Shown piece by piece: positions 13,471 to 23,894 of a stretch of DNA of 64,000 nucleotides; position 1 is the first letter of the stretch; each line of letters opens with the position of its first letter. The DNA comes from Mustelus asterias. Taxonomy: Eukaryota. Location: positions 1,488,001 to 1,552,000 of the forward strand of contig NC_135823.1 in NCBI RefSeq assembly GCF_964213995.1, in the 5' to 3' direction. Position numbers and translations under genes: made by a program. Below the pieces are notes generated by a model, which had not been told where the DNA came from, ran no database searches, and saw nothing but the letters and a program-made list of their open reading frames with translations.

Positions 13471-14002
13471 CATTTTTAAAAAACCTTGAACTGGTGATCA
13501 ATCCATTTGAAATTCTACGTCTGTCATTTCAGCAACTTCATAATTGTAAACGCCTCCTTACTATCAACTCTCAATCTTCACTTGTTTTAGAGAGAAGAGC
13601 TCCAGCCTATTCAATGTTCATTGATGGTTAGAAGACATCAGTTCTGACATAAAATTTGGGAAGTATTTAGAACAACATTTCCATCAGCTCTGTATCCTTA
13701 CCAGATTTGGATATATCGTACTCTGTACTCCAAGTCTGGTCTCACCGATATGGGTGGGTATGGTGGGTATTTTGCAAAACATGCTGAGTGCGTGCCAGAA
13801 CTTGGACCTGTAGTATACAGGAAAACCAGAGAGAGCTTTCTACCTAGGTTCTATTTTCTAACGCCAATCGTGTATTTATTAATAAACACAGAACAGTATT
13901 CACTCTGCATATTTCACAACTCCTTCACAAAGACAGGACAATAAGAATTTGTCAGTACAATCCGTTTGGGGATTCAGAGTCCCACCGGCTGGATCAACTA
14001 AA

Positions 14003-14045
14003 ATGAGCGTCCTCGGCTTCTGAGCGTTGTTCCATCTCTTCCAGG
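14003..14045 (+). pseudogene. Leader (signal peptide) exon MSVLGF*ALFHLFQ of the VJ-C1 gene
   Basis: aaaATGa start, hydrophobic core with in-frame TGA at 14021-14023, phase-1 donor CAGG|GTGAGA. The split codon G|TT joins the V exon in frame (...FQVSVS/QSIMPQSP). Confidence 0.7.
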
Positions 14046-14659
14046 GTGAGATATCCTTGATAAATTCAGATCGAGTGGATAAGGATTTCGATATTGTACA
14101 TAAAGAGATACTATTTCCACCGAGAGTCAGTAACCAGAGAGACACAGATTGAAGGAAATCGGCACAAATAACATATTAGGAGATGGAAAGAATGATCTTA
14201 AACACATGATTGCGAAATGGGAGGCGCTGCTTAAAAGGGCGGGGGAAGGAGATTCAGTAAGAACATTCAGAACGGAGATTTGGATAAATACTTGAAGGGG
14301 AAAAAATTTGCAGAGAGAGAGGGGAAACAAGAAGACAGGGAGGGGTCTAATTAGAGAAATCTGTCAAAGGTGCAGCAGAGGCACGAGGAGTGGAATGGTC
14401 TCCAATTGTGCTGTGCAGTGAAATAATGTGTAAATCGGCTCACACGTTCAACTTGAAGCAAAACAAATACAGATAACCAAGGGGCAAATGTTGTGTGTCA
14501 ATCCATATGAATTAATGAAACGAAAACTAAGCCGATTGAGAATCATAGAATGCCTACAGCTTATAAAGAGACTGTTCGGCCCGACGAGCCTGCACTGACA
14601 ACCAGTTAATCTCAAAACCCAATGTATTTACCCTGATAATCTCGCAAACACTCAGGGAT

Positions 14660-15120
14660 TTAAGTAATTTAGCATGGTCAATCTCCCTAACCTACACGTC
14701 TTTGGATACTAAAGGGCAATTTAGCATGGCCAATCTATCTAACCTGCACTTCGTTGGACACTAAGGGCAATGCAGAATGACCAATCCACTTAACGTGCTC
14801 ATCTTTGGACACTAAGGACCAATTTAGCATGGCTAATCCACCTAACGTGCACATCGGCGGATACTGAGGGGCAATTTCGCATGGTCATTCCACTTACTCT
14901 ACACATTTTGGGTCACTGAGGGGCAATTTAGCATGGTCAATCCACCAAATCTTCACAACTTTGGACACTACGAGGCAATTTAGCACGGGCAATCTACCTA
15001 TCCATGCATCTTTGGACTTTAAGGAGCACTTTAGCAAGGCCAATCCACCGAGCCTACACATTTTGAGACACGAAGTGGCAATTTAACATGGCTAATCAAT
15101 CTAACCCGTACATCTTTGGA
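14660..15120 (-). repeat. About 52-bp tandem array expanded inside an HE1-type SINE
   Basis: About 9 degenerate units of ggacactaaggggcaatttagcatggccaatccacctaacctgcacatcttt. Confidence 0.88.
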
Positions 15121-15918
15121 GTGTGGGGGAAAACCGGAACACACCAGAGGAAACCCACACAGACACGGGGAAAACGTGCACACTCCACGCAGACACTCGC
15201 CCAAAGCCAGCATTGAACCCAGAGCCCGGGTTCAATGTCATCTGTCCGGGGATAAATAATGTGAGTAGCCTCCATTGGCAATACGGGTATTTGGACACCG
15301 AAGGGCTTTTTCAATTAGAATGTTAGACCAAATCACCAACTCTGCATAAAAGATAAGCGCCCAAAGTTAACAGAGAAGAAGAAATGAAGGATAGATGAGA
15401 GAAAATAATCGCTGAAAAATTTTGCTTTTTAGAAGTTCATTAATTTATTATATTCACAAATATCTGGAAATAAGTATCTACTGATGATAATTAATCCATT
15501 CTCCATTGTCGGAAAAACTATCTGGTTCAGTAATGAATTTTAGGCAATGAAATCTGCCCTACATGTGACTCCACAACTATAGCAATGTGCTTGAATCTCA
15601 ATTGCCCTCCAAGGGTAACTAGGGATGGGTAATAAATGCTGACCAGCCAGCGACGCCCATGTCCCACGAATGAATAATAAGAAAAAAAGAGTTCCCATTC
15701 GTTCACCCGAGTGCTTAAACCAGATTTACGGGAGTATGGAGTCGGATTCCACCTTCAGAATGTGAGCATGAAAACGGCGCACTCAACGCCACAATCAACG
15801 CGATTTTAATTGTGCAGCCCTCGTCTTTGAGAAAGAAAAATCCCTATCGGCCTATCTTCTTTGGTTGGGGGAATGTTCTATACCCTGACATGACACTCGT
15901 TTTCTCTCTATTTCCCAG

Positions 15919-16256
15919 TTTCAGTGTCTCAGTCCATCATGCCCCAGTCTCCGCCGGTTCAGACACTTGCGGTGGGGAGTCATGTTAAACTCAGCTGTCA
16001 CGTCCGGGTCTTAGGTACTGGTTTCGTATTCTGGTACAGACAGACGGACTCAGTGACATGAGTCTGGTTTACACCACGAGCAAGCACCTCCGAGCGGCGG
16101 GGAGGTTTTCCAATGAGATTTCTGATAAAGAGGAAAATTATTCACTGATCATTGCGGATACCCGGAGAAACGATTCTGGAATGTATTACTGTGCAATGCC
16201 CAGTTGCACGATCAGAGCATTAATATTCGGAAACGGCTCCAAGTGAGTGATTACAG
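15919..16256 (+). pseudogene. Germline-joined VJ Ig domain exon
   Basis: Acceptor tttctctctatttcccag. Reads SVSQSIMPQSPPVQTLAVGSHVKLSCHVRVLGTGFVFWYRQ [frameshift] SLVYTT...GRFSNEISDKEENYSLIIADTRRNDSGMYYCAMPSCTIRALIFGNGSK*VIT, then donor ACAG|GTAC. V-set Cys-Trp-Cys (about 65 codons between Cys) and a J-type FGxG motif in one exon. Confidence 0.93.
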
Positions 16257-16450
16257 GTACATTTGTTTTTCATTAAAATGACATAGTAAAACCATTTAAT
16301 ACGTTTCCTGTTCCAATTGTTAAAGTTTAAAGTTTTTTTTCATGAGTGTCACAAGTTGCCTACATAAATAATGCAATAAATATACGATGAAAATCCCCTA
16401 GTTAATGGGTTCACCGTTTTATTGACCGGATTTAGAAATCAAAGCAGAAA

Positions 16451-16789
16451 TCATAGAAACCCTACAGTACAGAAAGAGGCCATTCGGCCCATCGAGTCTG
16501 CACCGACCAGAAACCCACCCACGCCCTATCCCCATATCCCGACATATTTTACCCGCTAATCCCTCTAATCTACGCATCCCAGAATACTAAGGGGCAATTT
16601 TAGCACGGCCAATCAACCTAACCCGCACATCTTTGGACTGTGGGAGGAAATCGGAGCACCCGGATGAAACCCATGCAGACACGAGGAGAATGTGCAACCT
16701 CCACACAGGCAGTGACCCAAGCCGGGAATCGAACCCAGGTCCCTGGAGCTGTGAACCAGCATTGCTAACCACTGTGCGACCGTGCCACC
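16451..16789 (-). mobile_element. HE1-type SINE inserted at the 5' end of the C1 exon
   Basis: Near-consensus copy abutting the C1 reading frame. Confidence 0.9.
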
Positions 16790-16796
16790 ACGGTAG

Positions 16797-17076
16797 CGGA
16801 TTCGACCACCATATTCCTCCTCACTCCACCGCTGGATGAGACCCCCGCCGTGAAAAGGGTTCCGTTGTTGTGTTCGGTCAGAGGTATGTCTCCCGGTTCT
16901 TTTTCTGTCAGCTGGAATGTTGCCGGGCGGGATACCGATGGTCAGTCCGATTCCGGGACAATGGAACCGGATGTGACCTATACCATCAGGAGTTACATCA
17001 GCCTTTTGGCGGAAACCTGGATCAGCGGCGCTCGCTGTACGTGCACCGTTCATATCAACTCTGGTGATCATCTGAG
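16797..17076 (+). pseudogene. C1-set Ig constant domain exon (main part)
   Basis: Open frame DSTTIFLLTPPLDETPAVKRVPLLCSVRGMSPGSFSVSWNVAG...TYTIRSYISLLAETWISGARCTCTVHINSGDHL has C1 hallmarks (IFLLxPP, LLCxVxG, VSW, SYxxL...W, xTCxVH). The 5' boundary is obscured by a SINE and the 3' end is cut by a CR1. Confidence 0.9.
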
Positions 17077-19188
17077 AACACAAGAACATAAGCAATAGGA
17101 GCAGAAGTAGGCCATCTTGCCCCTCAAGCCTGCTCCGCCATTCAATAAGATCATGGCTGATCTGATGGTGGTTCAGTTCCACTTACCCGCCCACTCACCA
17201 TCACCCTTCGTTCCCTTCATGGTTTAAAATCTATCTATCTGTGACTTAAACACATTTAACGAGGTAGCCTCTACTGCTTCATTGGGAGAGAATTCCAAAG
17301 AATCACTATCCTAAGGGAGAAGAAGTTCCTCCTCAACTCTGTTCTACGTTGACCCCCCGTACTTTGAGGCTATGCCCCGTAGTTCTTGTTTCCATTGTAA
17401 GTGGAAATAACCTCGCTGCTTTTACCCTCTCTCGCCCCTTCATAATCTTACATGTCTCTATGAGATCTCCCCTCAACCTTCTAAACTCCAATGAGTACAG
17501 GCCCAGTCTACTCAATCGCTCCTCATAAGCTAACCCCCTCATCTCTGGAATCAACCTGGTGAACCTTCTCTGTACCCCCTCCAAAGCTAATATATCCTTT
17601 CTTAAATAAGGTGACCAAAATTGTACACAGTACTCTAGGTGTGACCTCACCAGTACCCTGTGCATTTGCAGCATGACCTCCCTGCTTTTATACTCCATCC
17701 TACTCACGATAATGGCCAACATTCCATTTGCCTTCTGTATTACCTGCTGCACCTGCAAACTGAGTTTTTGTGCTTCATGCACAAGGACCTCCAGGTCCCT
17801 CTGCGCAGTAGCATGTTGTAATTTTTCACCGTTTAAATAATAGTCCATTTTACTATTATTTCTCCCAAAGTAGGTAACCTCACACTTACCAACGTTATAT
17901 TCCATCTGCCAGATCCTTGCCCACTCACTTAGCCTACCGAAATCTCTCTGCAGACTCTCTGTGTCCTCCACGCAATTTGCTTTGCCACTCATTTTTGTGC
18001 CATCCACAAACTTTGTTACCTAAACTCGGTCCCCGCTTCCAGATCGTCGATGTATATGGTAAATAGTTGAGGCCCCAGCACCAATCCCTGCGGCACACCA
18101 CGAGTCACTGATTGCCAACTGGAAAAGCACCCATTTGTTCTGACTCTCTGCTTTCTGTCAGATAGCCAATCCTCAATCCACGCTAACACTTTACCCCCAA
18201 CTCTGTGTACCATTATCTTGCAGCAACTTTTGTGAGGCACCTTATCGAATGACTTCTGGAAATCTGAATATACCACATCCACCGGTTCCCCTCTGTCAAC
18301 CGCACTCGTTATATCCTCAAGAAATACCAGTAAAATAGTCAAGCATGACTTTCACTTCATGAATCCATGCTGCATCTGCTTCATTGACCCATTTTTTTCC
18401 AGGTGTCCTGGTATTTCTTCCTTAATGATAGATTCCAGCATTTTCCCAACGACGGATGTTAAGCTAACCGGCCTGTAGTTACCTTCCCTTTGTCTACCTC
18501 CTTTTTTAAACAGTGGCGTTACATTAGCTGTTTTGCAATCAGCTGGCACCTCCCAGAGTCCAGTGAATTTTGCTACATTACAACGAATGCATTTGCTATT
18601 ACGTATGCCGTTTCTTTTAGTTCCCTGGGATGCATTCCATCTGGACCAGGGGACTTGTCTACTTTTAGTCGCATTAGCCTACCCAGCACTACCTCTTGCG
18701 TAATAGTGATCGTTTTAAGGTCCTTACCCCCTACAGTCCCATGACCGTCAATTATTGGTACGCTATTTCTGTCCTCCACTGTGTACACATGCAGGAACAA
18801 CACATCACTTTACCCTCCATCCTTATTTTATTTGCTTTTTTAAAAAATATTTAAAAACTAAAAATGAAACCTATCCTTCCATGCCCGTTTCCGCCGAAGC
18901 CCGATGAGCCAAAGCCCTTCAGCCCTCACTCTGCTACCTCCTCTCCCCACCGCCCGGTAATGACGCTGCCCGCTGGATAGTGTGGCCTACCTTTTAAACC
19001 TCCCGCGCGCTTCAAAAAAAAATAAAGATTTCCTTCCCAGGTGACCCCGCGGCCGGCCTACTTCTGTTTTTCCCTTAAACTAGGAAAAAAGAAACCCCGC
19101 GAAAAAGTAAGGAAAATAAAGTCAATCCCTTACCTTTTTACTCCAGCCACAAAACGCTCCATTCTGCCTTGCTCCGGTCGAACAATCT
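17077..19188 (-). mobile_element. CR1 LINE inserted in the C1 exon (RT region plus probable 5' non-coding segment)
   Basis: [30 protein letters not shown] and HLEYCVQFW motifs; agaacacaagaacataag tail; TSD tctgag at 17071-17076 and 19189-19194. Confidence 0.88.
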
Positions 19189-19216
19189 TCTGAGTGAAAG
19201 TGTCTCATCTCAGGAG
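19189..19216 (+). pseudogene. Displaced 3' remainder of the C1 exon (LSESVSSQE + donor)
   Basis: Begins with the duplicated target site tctgag and continues the C1 frame with a G-strand-like SESVS, followed by GAG|GTAGAC. Phase is 0, one base off the expected phase 1. Confidence 0.55.
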
Positions 19217-19337
19217 GTAGACATCCACAACGATCGCTCAGGAATCTAATTAGTGCTCGCGTGAGGCTTTACTGAGAGCGGTCCTTTAAAATTGCAAGTG
19301 TCTTTATTTCCGATTTTGCCTGGGTGCGTGGCAATTG

Positions 19338-19700
19338 ACGGCATGGTGGCACAATGGTTAGCACTGCCGCCTCACAGGGCCAGAGACCCAGGTTCAATTC
19401 CAGCCTCGGGTCACTGTCTGTGTGGAGTCTGCACGTTCACCCCGTGTCTGCGTGGGTTTCCTCCGGGTCCTCCGGTTTCCTCCAACAGTCTGAAGATTAG
19501 TTGGATTGGCCATGCTACATTAGTCCCAAAGATATGTGGGTTAGGTGGATTGGCCATGCCAAATCGCCCCTTAGTGTCAGAGGGGTTAACAGTGTAAATA
19601 GATGGGGTTATCGTATCATCAGGCATGGGTGGCATTGTTGTCAGTGCATGGTCACTGGGCCGAATGGTTTTCTTCTGCGCTGTAGGGTTTCTATGATTCT
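19338..19700 (+). mobile_element. HE1-type SINE
   Basis: tRNA head and V core. Confidence 0.8.
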
Positions 19701-20259
19701 ATAAATCCAATTCATCATTCATCTGTCACAGGCCACTCCAAGAATCAGTGCTTCCCTTTTTGAAACTGTATCTCCTCTTTTCTGTACCTCAGAGAGTTGT
19801 GGAGGTTCCGTCAGTGAGATAGCGTTGTGGGTAGCGGTGGATTAATGGGTTTTGGTTACAGGCGGGAAGCTGGAGCTCCTGTAAAATATGAACCATGATG
19901 TTATTGCATAGCGAAGAGACCTGCAGGGGCGCAGTGGCCTGCTACTGCATCTATTCACTGTGTTCTTCTGTCTGAATAGGCAATACTGACACAGTTGGAA
20001 GTCAATGATTTGGAAACGTGTGAAGTTGAAACGTGTCATTACGTTACTGAGCCATTTTATATCAACATGCTTGTAGTCATTCATTTATCCCTTCATATAC
20101 CTACTTCTCCTCGTCTCAGTTCATACTTTGATCCGAAATATGTTCTCTAACTCCCTACCTGTTTATCTTTGTGCTATTGATGACACACCCATCCCTGTCT
20201 CCTCTCTCAATCCATGGAATTATGTCCCAGAAAAAGCTATTTTTCTCTGTCAGTATGTC

Positions 20260-21200
20260 AGACAGACATAGAGAGACGGAGACACAATGAGACAGAGAGA
20301 GGTGGAGAGAGGGAGGTGGAGATACAGAGAGAGTGACACAGAGAGAGAGAGAGTTTCTCGCGTTGTCTCTCTCTCTGCCTCTCTCTCTATCTCTCTGTCT
20401 CTCTTTGTATTTCTCTCTCTCCATCTATCTCTCTATCTCTCGCCCTCTCACTCTCTCTCTCTCTCTCTCTCTCTGCCACTCTCTGTCTCTCTCTATCTCC
20501 ACCTCCCCCCTCCCCCCCCCCATCCCCTCAGTCTCTCTCGCTCCCTCTCTCTCACTCTCAGTCTCTCTCGGTCTCTCTCTTGATTCTTTTAGTAATGGCT
20601 GTATCACTGCCTCGCCCTTCTCTCTCCTAGTTGCATTGTTCTCCATCTAAATATCGACCTCTGTCCCTTCATGTGAATCTATTGCTCTGTGTTTCTTTTT
20701 TCTCTCTTTTACCATGTCTGTTTCACGCGATCACAGTCTACCACTCTTTCTCTATTTCTAGCGGAGTTGAACAATTTTGTTCACGTCCTCCTCTGTCCAT
20801 ATTCCAATTCGTGTCCCTTTTAGACAGAGTAATATCAAATTTCCGTTCTATTTATGAATATCACCTTCTGTCAATCTGTCTCTCTATTTCTCGTCTTATT
20901 TCAAGGTTGTCTGTCGGAACTGCTTCTCTCCCTCGGTCTCTGTCTCGTTCTCGTTACCTCTGTTCCTCTTTCTCTCTCTCGCTATCCATGCAAATCTCTC
21001 CTAATGCAGGAGAAGCTACCTTTTCTCTCTGTCAGTCAGTGTTTTCGTCGCACCCTCTGCATTTCCCTCTCTTGCCCTCTCCCTCTCTCGCTTTCTCTCT
21101 CGCTGTCTTTCTCTCTGCCTCTTTCTATTGATTATTCCAGTGAACTTTCTCTCTCGTTTTCCTCTCTCAGTTGCATGGTGCTCCACTGAAACATCGATTT
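20260..21200. repeat. Degenerate (GA)n/(CT)n microsatellite block
   Basis: GA-rich 20260-20353 followed by a long CT-rich tract. Confidence 0.9.
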
Positions 21201-21577
21201 CTGTCTTTCCATTTTCCTGTGGCTCTACCTCACTTCTATCTTTCTCCATATCAATTTCTCGCGATTATGCCCCCCCCCCTATTTGTTTCTGTTTTTCTAT
21301 CCGATTCTGAACGATTCTATATACCTTTTCAGTCTATCTCTCCATTTGTGTGGTGTTTCACCGGAGTTCCACAAGAATTCTGTTACATCTCTGGAGCTCT
21401 CCCTTTGCAATCTATCTTTTTATATCACTCGTATTCTATAGGCTCCCTATGAGATATCTGTCAATTATCTTTCCATCTCTCTTTCTCGCTCTCTTTCACC
21501 TATTTCCACCCACACTGTGTCCTGTTGAAAACGTGCCATACAAGATCCCTGCTCTATTAAGTGATAGTAACATCGTG

Positions 21578-21950
21578 GAGAGGCCATGGCCTAGTTGTAT
21601 TCATCCAGTTATTAATCCAGGCTAGTCCGTTAATCCAGAAATTCAACTAATATCCTGGGGACCCGGTGCGAATACCGCCACGGCAGCTGGTGGACTTTGA
21701 AATCAACAGGAAACACGTGGAAAGAAGAATCGACTGATGACCATGAAAACATGGCGGATTGTTGAACAAACTCATCTGGTTCACTAATGTCCTTCAGGAA
21801 AGGAAATCAGCCGTTCTTACCTGGTCTGGCCTACATGTGACTCCAGAGCCTCAGCAATGTGGTTGACGCTGGGCTGCCCTTCAAGGACAACTAGGGGTGC
21901 GCAATAAATTCTGGCCAGTCAGCATGTCCCATGATTGATATTTAAAAAAG
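21578..21950 (+). mobile_element. SacSINE1-like SINE
   Basis: Same family as 7865-8225. Confidence 0.75.
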
Positions 21951-22073
21951 TATTGACAAAACCTCTTTCCATTCTCGGATGAAATTAGACAGGCATAGTT
22001 GAAAAAATCCTTCACTTGTCTAATCATTTCGACAATTCATTATTTGAAGTGAAATTTATTTTTCCATTTGCAG

Positions 22074-22193
22074 ATTCTCTGCACCTGATCAAAAGCATTT
22101 TCCTGCTTTCCGGGGCTTCGTCGGATGTGACACTTCTCCTTCTGGGATCGGCTCTTGTGGCCGGGAGATGGGGCTTCAGGAACCGGCAGAGAG
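22074..22193 (+). pseudogene. Transmembrane exon of the VJ-C1 gene
   Basis: Acceptor tttttccatttgcag and donor AGAG|GTAGCG, 120 nt, phase 1/1. DSLHLIKSIFLLSGASSDVTLLLLGSALVAG is followed by the basic stop-transfer segment RWGFRNRQR. Confidence 0.75.
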
Positions 22194-22327
22194 GTAGCGA
22201 TAGTTGGGAGATGCTTTGATTTTTCGCGCTCTCAATTCGTCCATTGTGAACGTTATTATTGACACCTTGAGCGGGTTCAGAGTGAAATATGGCCATTTAG
22301 ACTCAAGTTAAATCCTCTTTCTAACAG

Positions 22328-22384
22328 GCACGGCGAACAGTGCCGAGGAACTGCCAGGTTACGGAGCAGACAAACAGCATCGAG
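22328..22384 (+). pseudogene. First cytoplasmic exon (57 nt)
   Basis: Acceptor tcctctttctaacag and donor CGAG|GTGAAT, 134 bp after the TM exon. Open as GTANSAEELPGYGADKQHR (phase 1) or ARRTVPRNCQVTEQTNSIE (phase 0). Confidence 0.6.
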
Positions 22385-22539
22385 GTGAATGAATGGAATT
22401 ATTATTGCCATTACAAACGGATGTTTTTCTGAAAACATTAAACCAAGGGTTAGAATTTATGATATAAAGAAGAAATGATGGAAAACGTCAGCAAGTCCAG
22501 CAACATCTGTGGAGGGGCCAAAAGTAAGTCGAGTCTCAT

Positions 22540-23450
22540 AGAATAATAGAATCCTCCCTATGTCCCCTGGTGACTGACCATTCAACTAAGGGGAAAGCTG
22601 CTCATTAACCATTCTGTCCATGTCCCTCATAATCCCGTACACCTCAATCAGGTCATCCCTCAGAATCCTCTGCTCCAAGGAAAACAACACAAGCCGACCC
22701 AACCTCTCTTCATAACTTAATTTTTCCATCCCAGGCAACATCCTGCTGAATCTCCTCTGCACCCCCTCCACTGCAATCGCATTATTCCTATAACGTGGCA
22801 ATCAAAACTGCACACAGTAATCTAACTATGGCCTCACCAAAGTTCTATGCAACTCCAACGTGACCTTGCAGCTTTTGTAATCTGAGCCTCGGCTGAAAAA
22901 GGCAAGTGGCCCATATGCCGTTTTCACCAACCTACTAAGATGTCCGTCTGATTCAGAGATCATAGAAACCCTACAGTGCAGACGGAGGCCATTCGGCCCA
23001 TCGAGTCTGCACCGACCACAATCCCACCTGGGCCCGTAACCCCAAATATTTACCCGCTAATCCTCTAACGTGCGCATTCCAGGACATTAAGACGTAATTT
23101 AGCATTGTCAATACACCTAATCCGCACATGTTTGGACTGTAGGAGCAAACTGGAGCACCCGGAGGAAACTACGCAGACACTGGGAGAACGTGCAAACTCC
23201 ACACAGACAGTGACCCAAGCCGGGAATCGAACCCGGGTCCCTGGTGCTGTGAGGCAGCAGTGCTTATCACTGGGCCACCGTGCCAATCGGTGGACTAACG
23301 AGTCTTTTGTTCCACAGAACTTCCTAGTGTCACGCCGTTCACTGACAATTTTCTTGCCAAATTACTCCTTCCAAAGTGTACCACCACACAATTTTCAGAG
23401 TTATATTCCATCTGGCACTTGTGTTCCCTTTTGATCATTCCACCTGTATA
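22540..23450 (-). mobile_element. CR1 3' fragment with nested HE1 SINE (about 22960-23285)
   Basis: VQRRFSRMLPG.. motif; LINE resumes after the SINE. Confidence 0.8.
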
Positions 23451-23894
23451 AGTCCTCTTCAATGATTTTTGAAAATCACATTTTTTATGTTTGTCGAGAA
23501 AGCTTTGCATCGTGCTCACTACAACATAGTACAAAGTAGGTTTGCGCAGCCTATCGTATAGAAGATTTTAAAATCAACACATTGAGATGATTTTTATGGT
23601 TACACGATTCGTTAGGGCAGGGAGAGAAAAAACTGTGTGCTCTCTTCGGGAAGGGAAAGCCCAGACAAGGAGGCAGAGCATGAAAATGAAAACCAAAGCG
23701 TTCAGCGGTGAGCTGGGGAAGCACTTCCTTATACAGAGGAGTGGAATTCTGGAAAAAAACTCCACCGAAAAGGCGTTGCGAGCAGTGGGCAATTGGAACT
23801 GATGTGGATAGTTTATTGTCAGGGAGTGAATTAAGGGTTCAAGGAACAAAGTGAGTATGTGAGTATTCTGCCGATCAGCCATGATCTGTATTAG

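Noticed and set aside
14660-15120. CRISPR-like appearance of periodic arrays
   Set aside because: Eukaryotic DNA; units are contiguous degenerate SINE segments with no unique spacers or cas genes.
19793-19850. Acceptor at 19792 followed by ESCGGSVSEIALWVAVD* as a hinge/TM exon
   Set aside because: Early stop and no clear donor; a better TM exon exists at 22074.
20287-21452. Ser/Leu- or Arg/Glu-rich ORFs
   Set aside because: Microsatellite translation artefacts.
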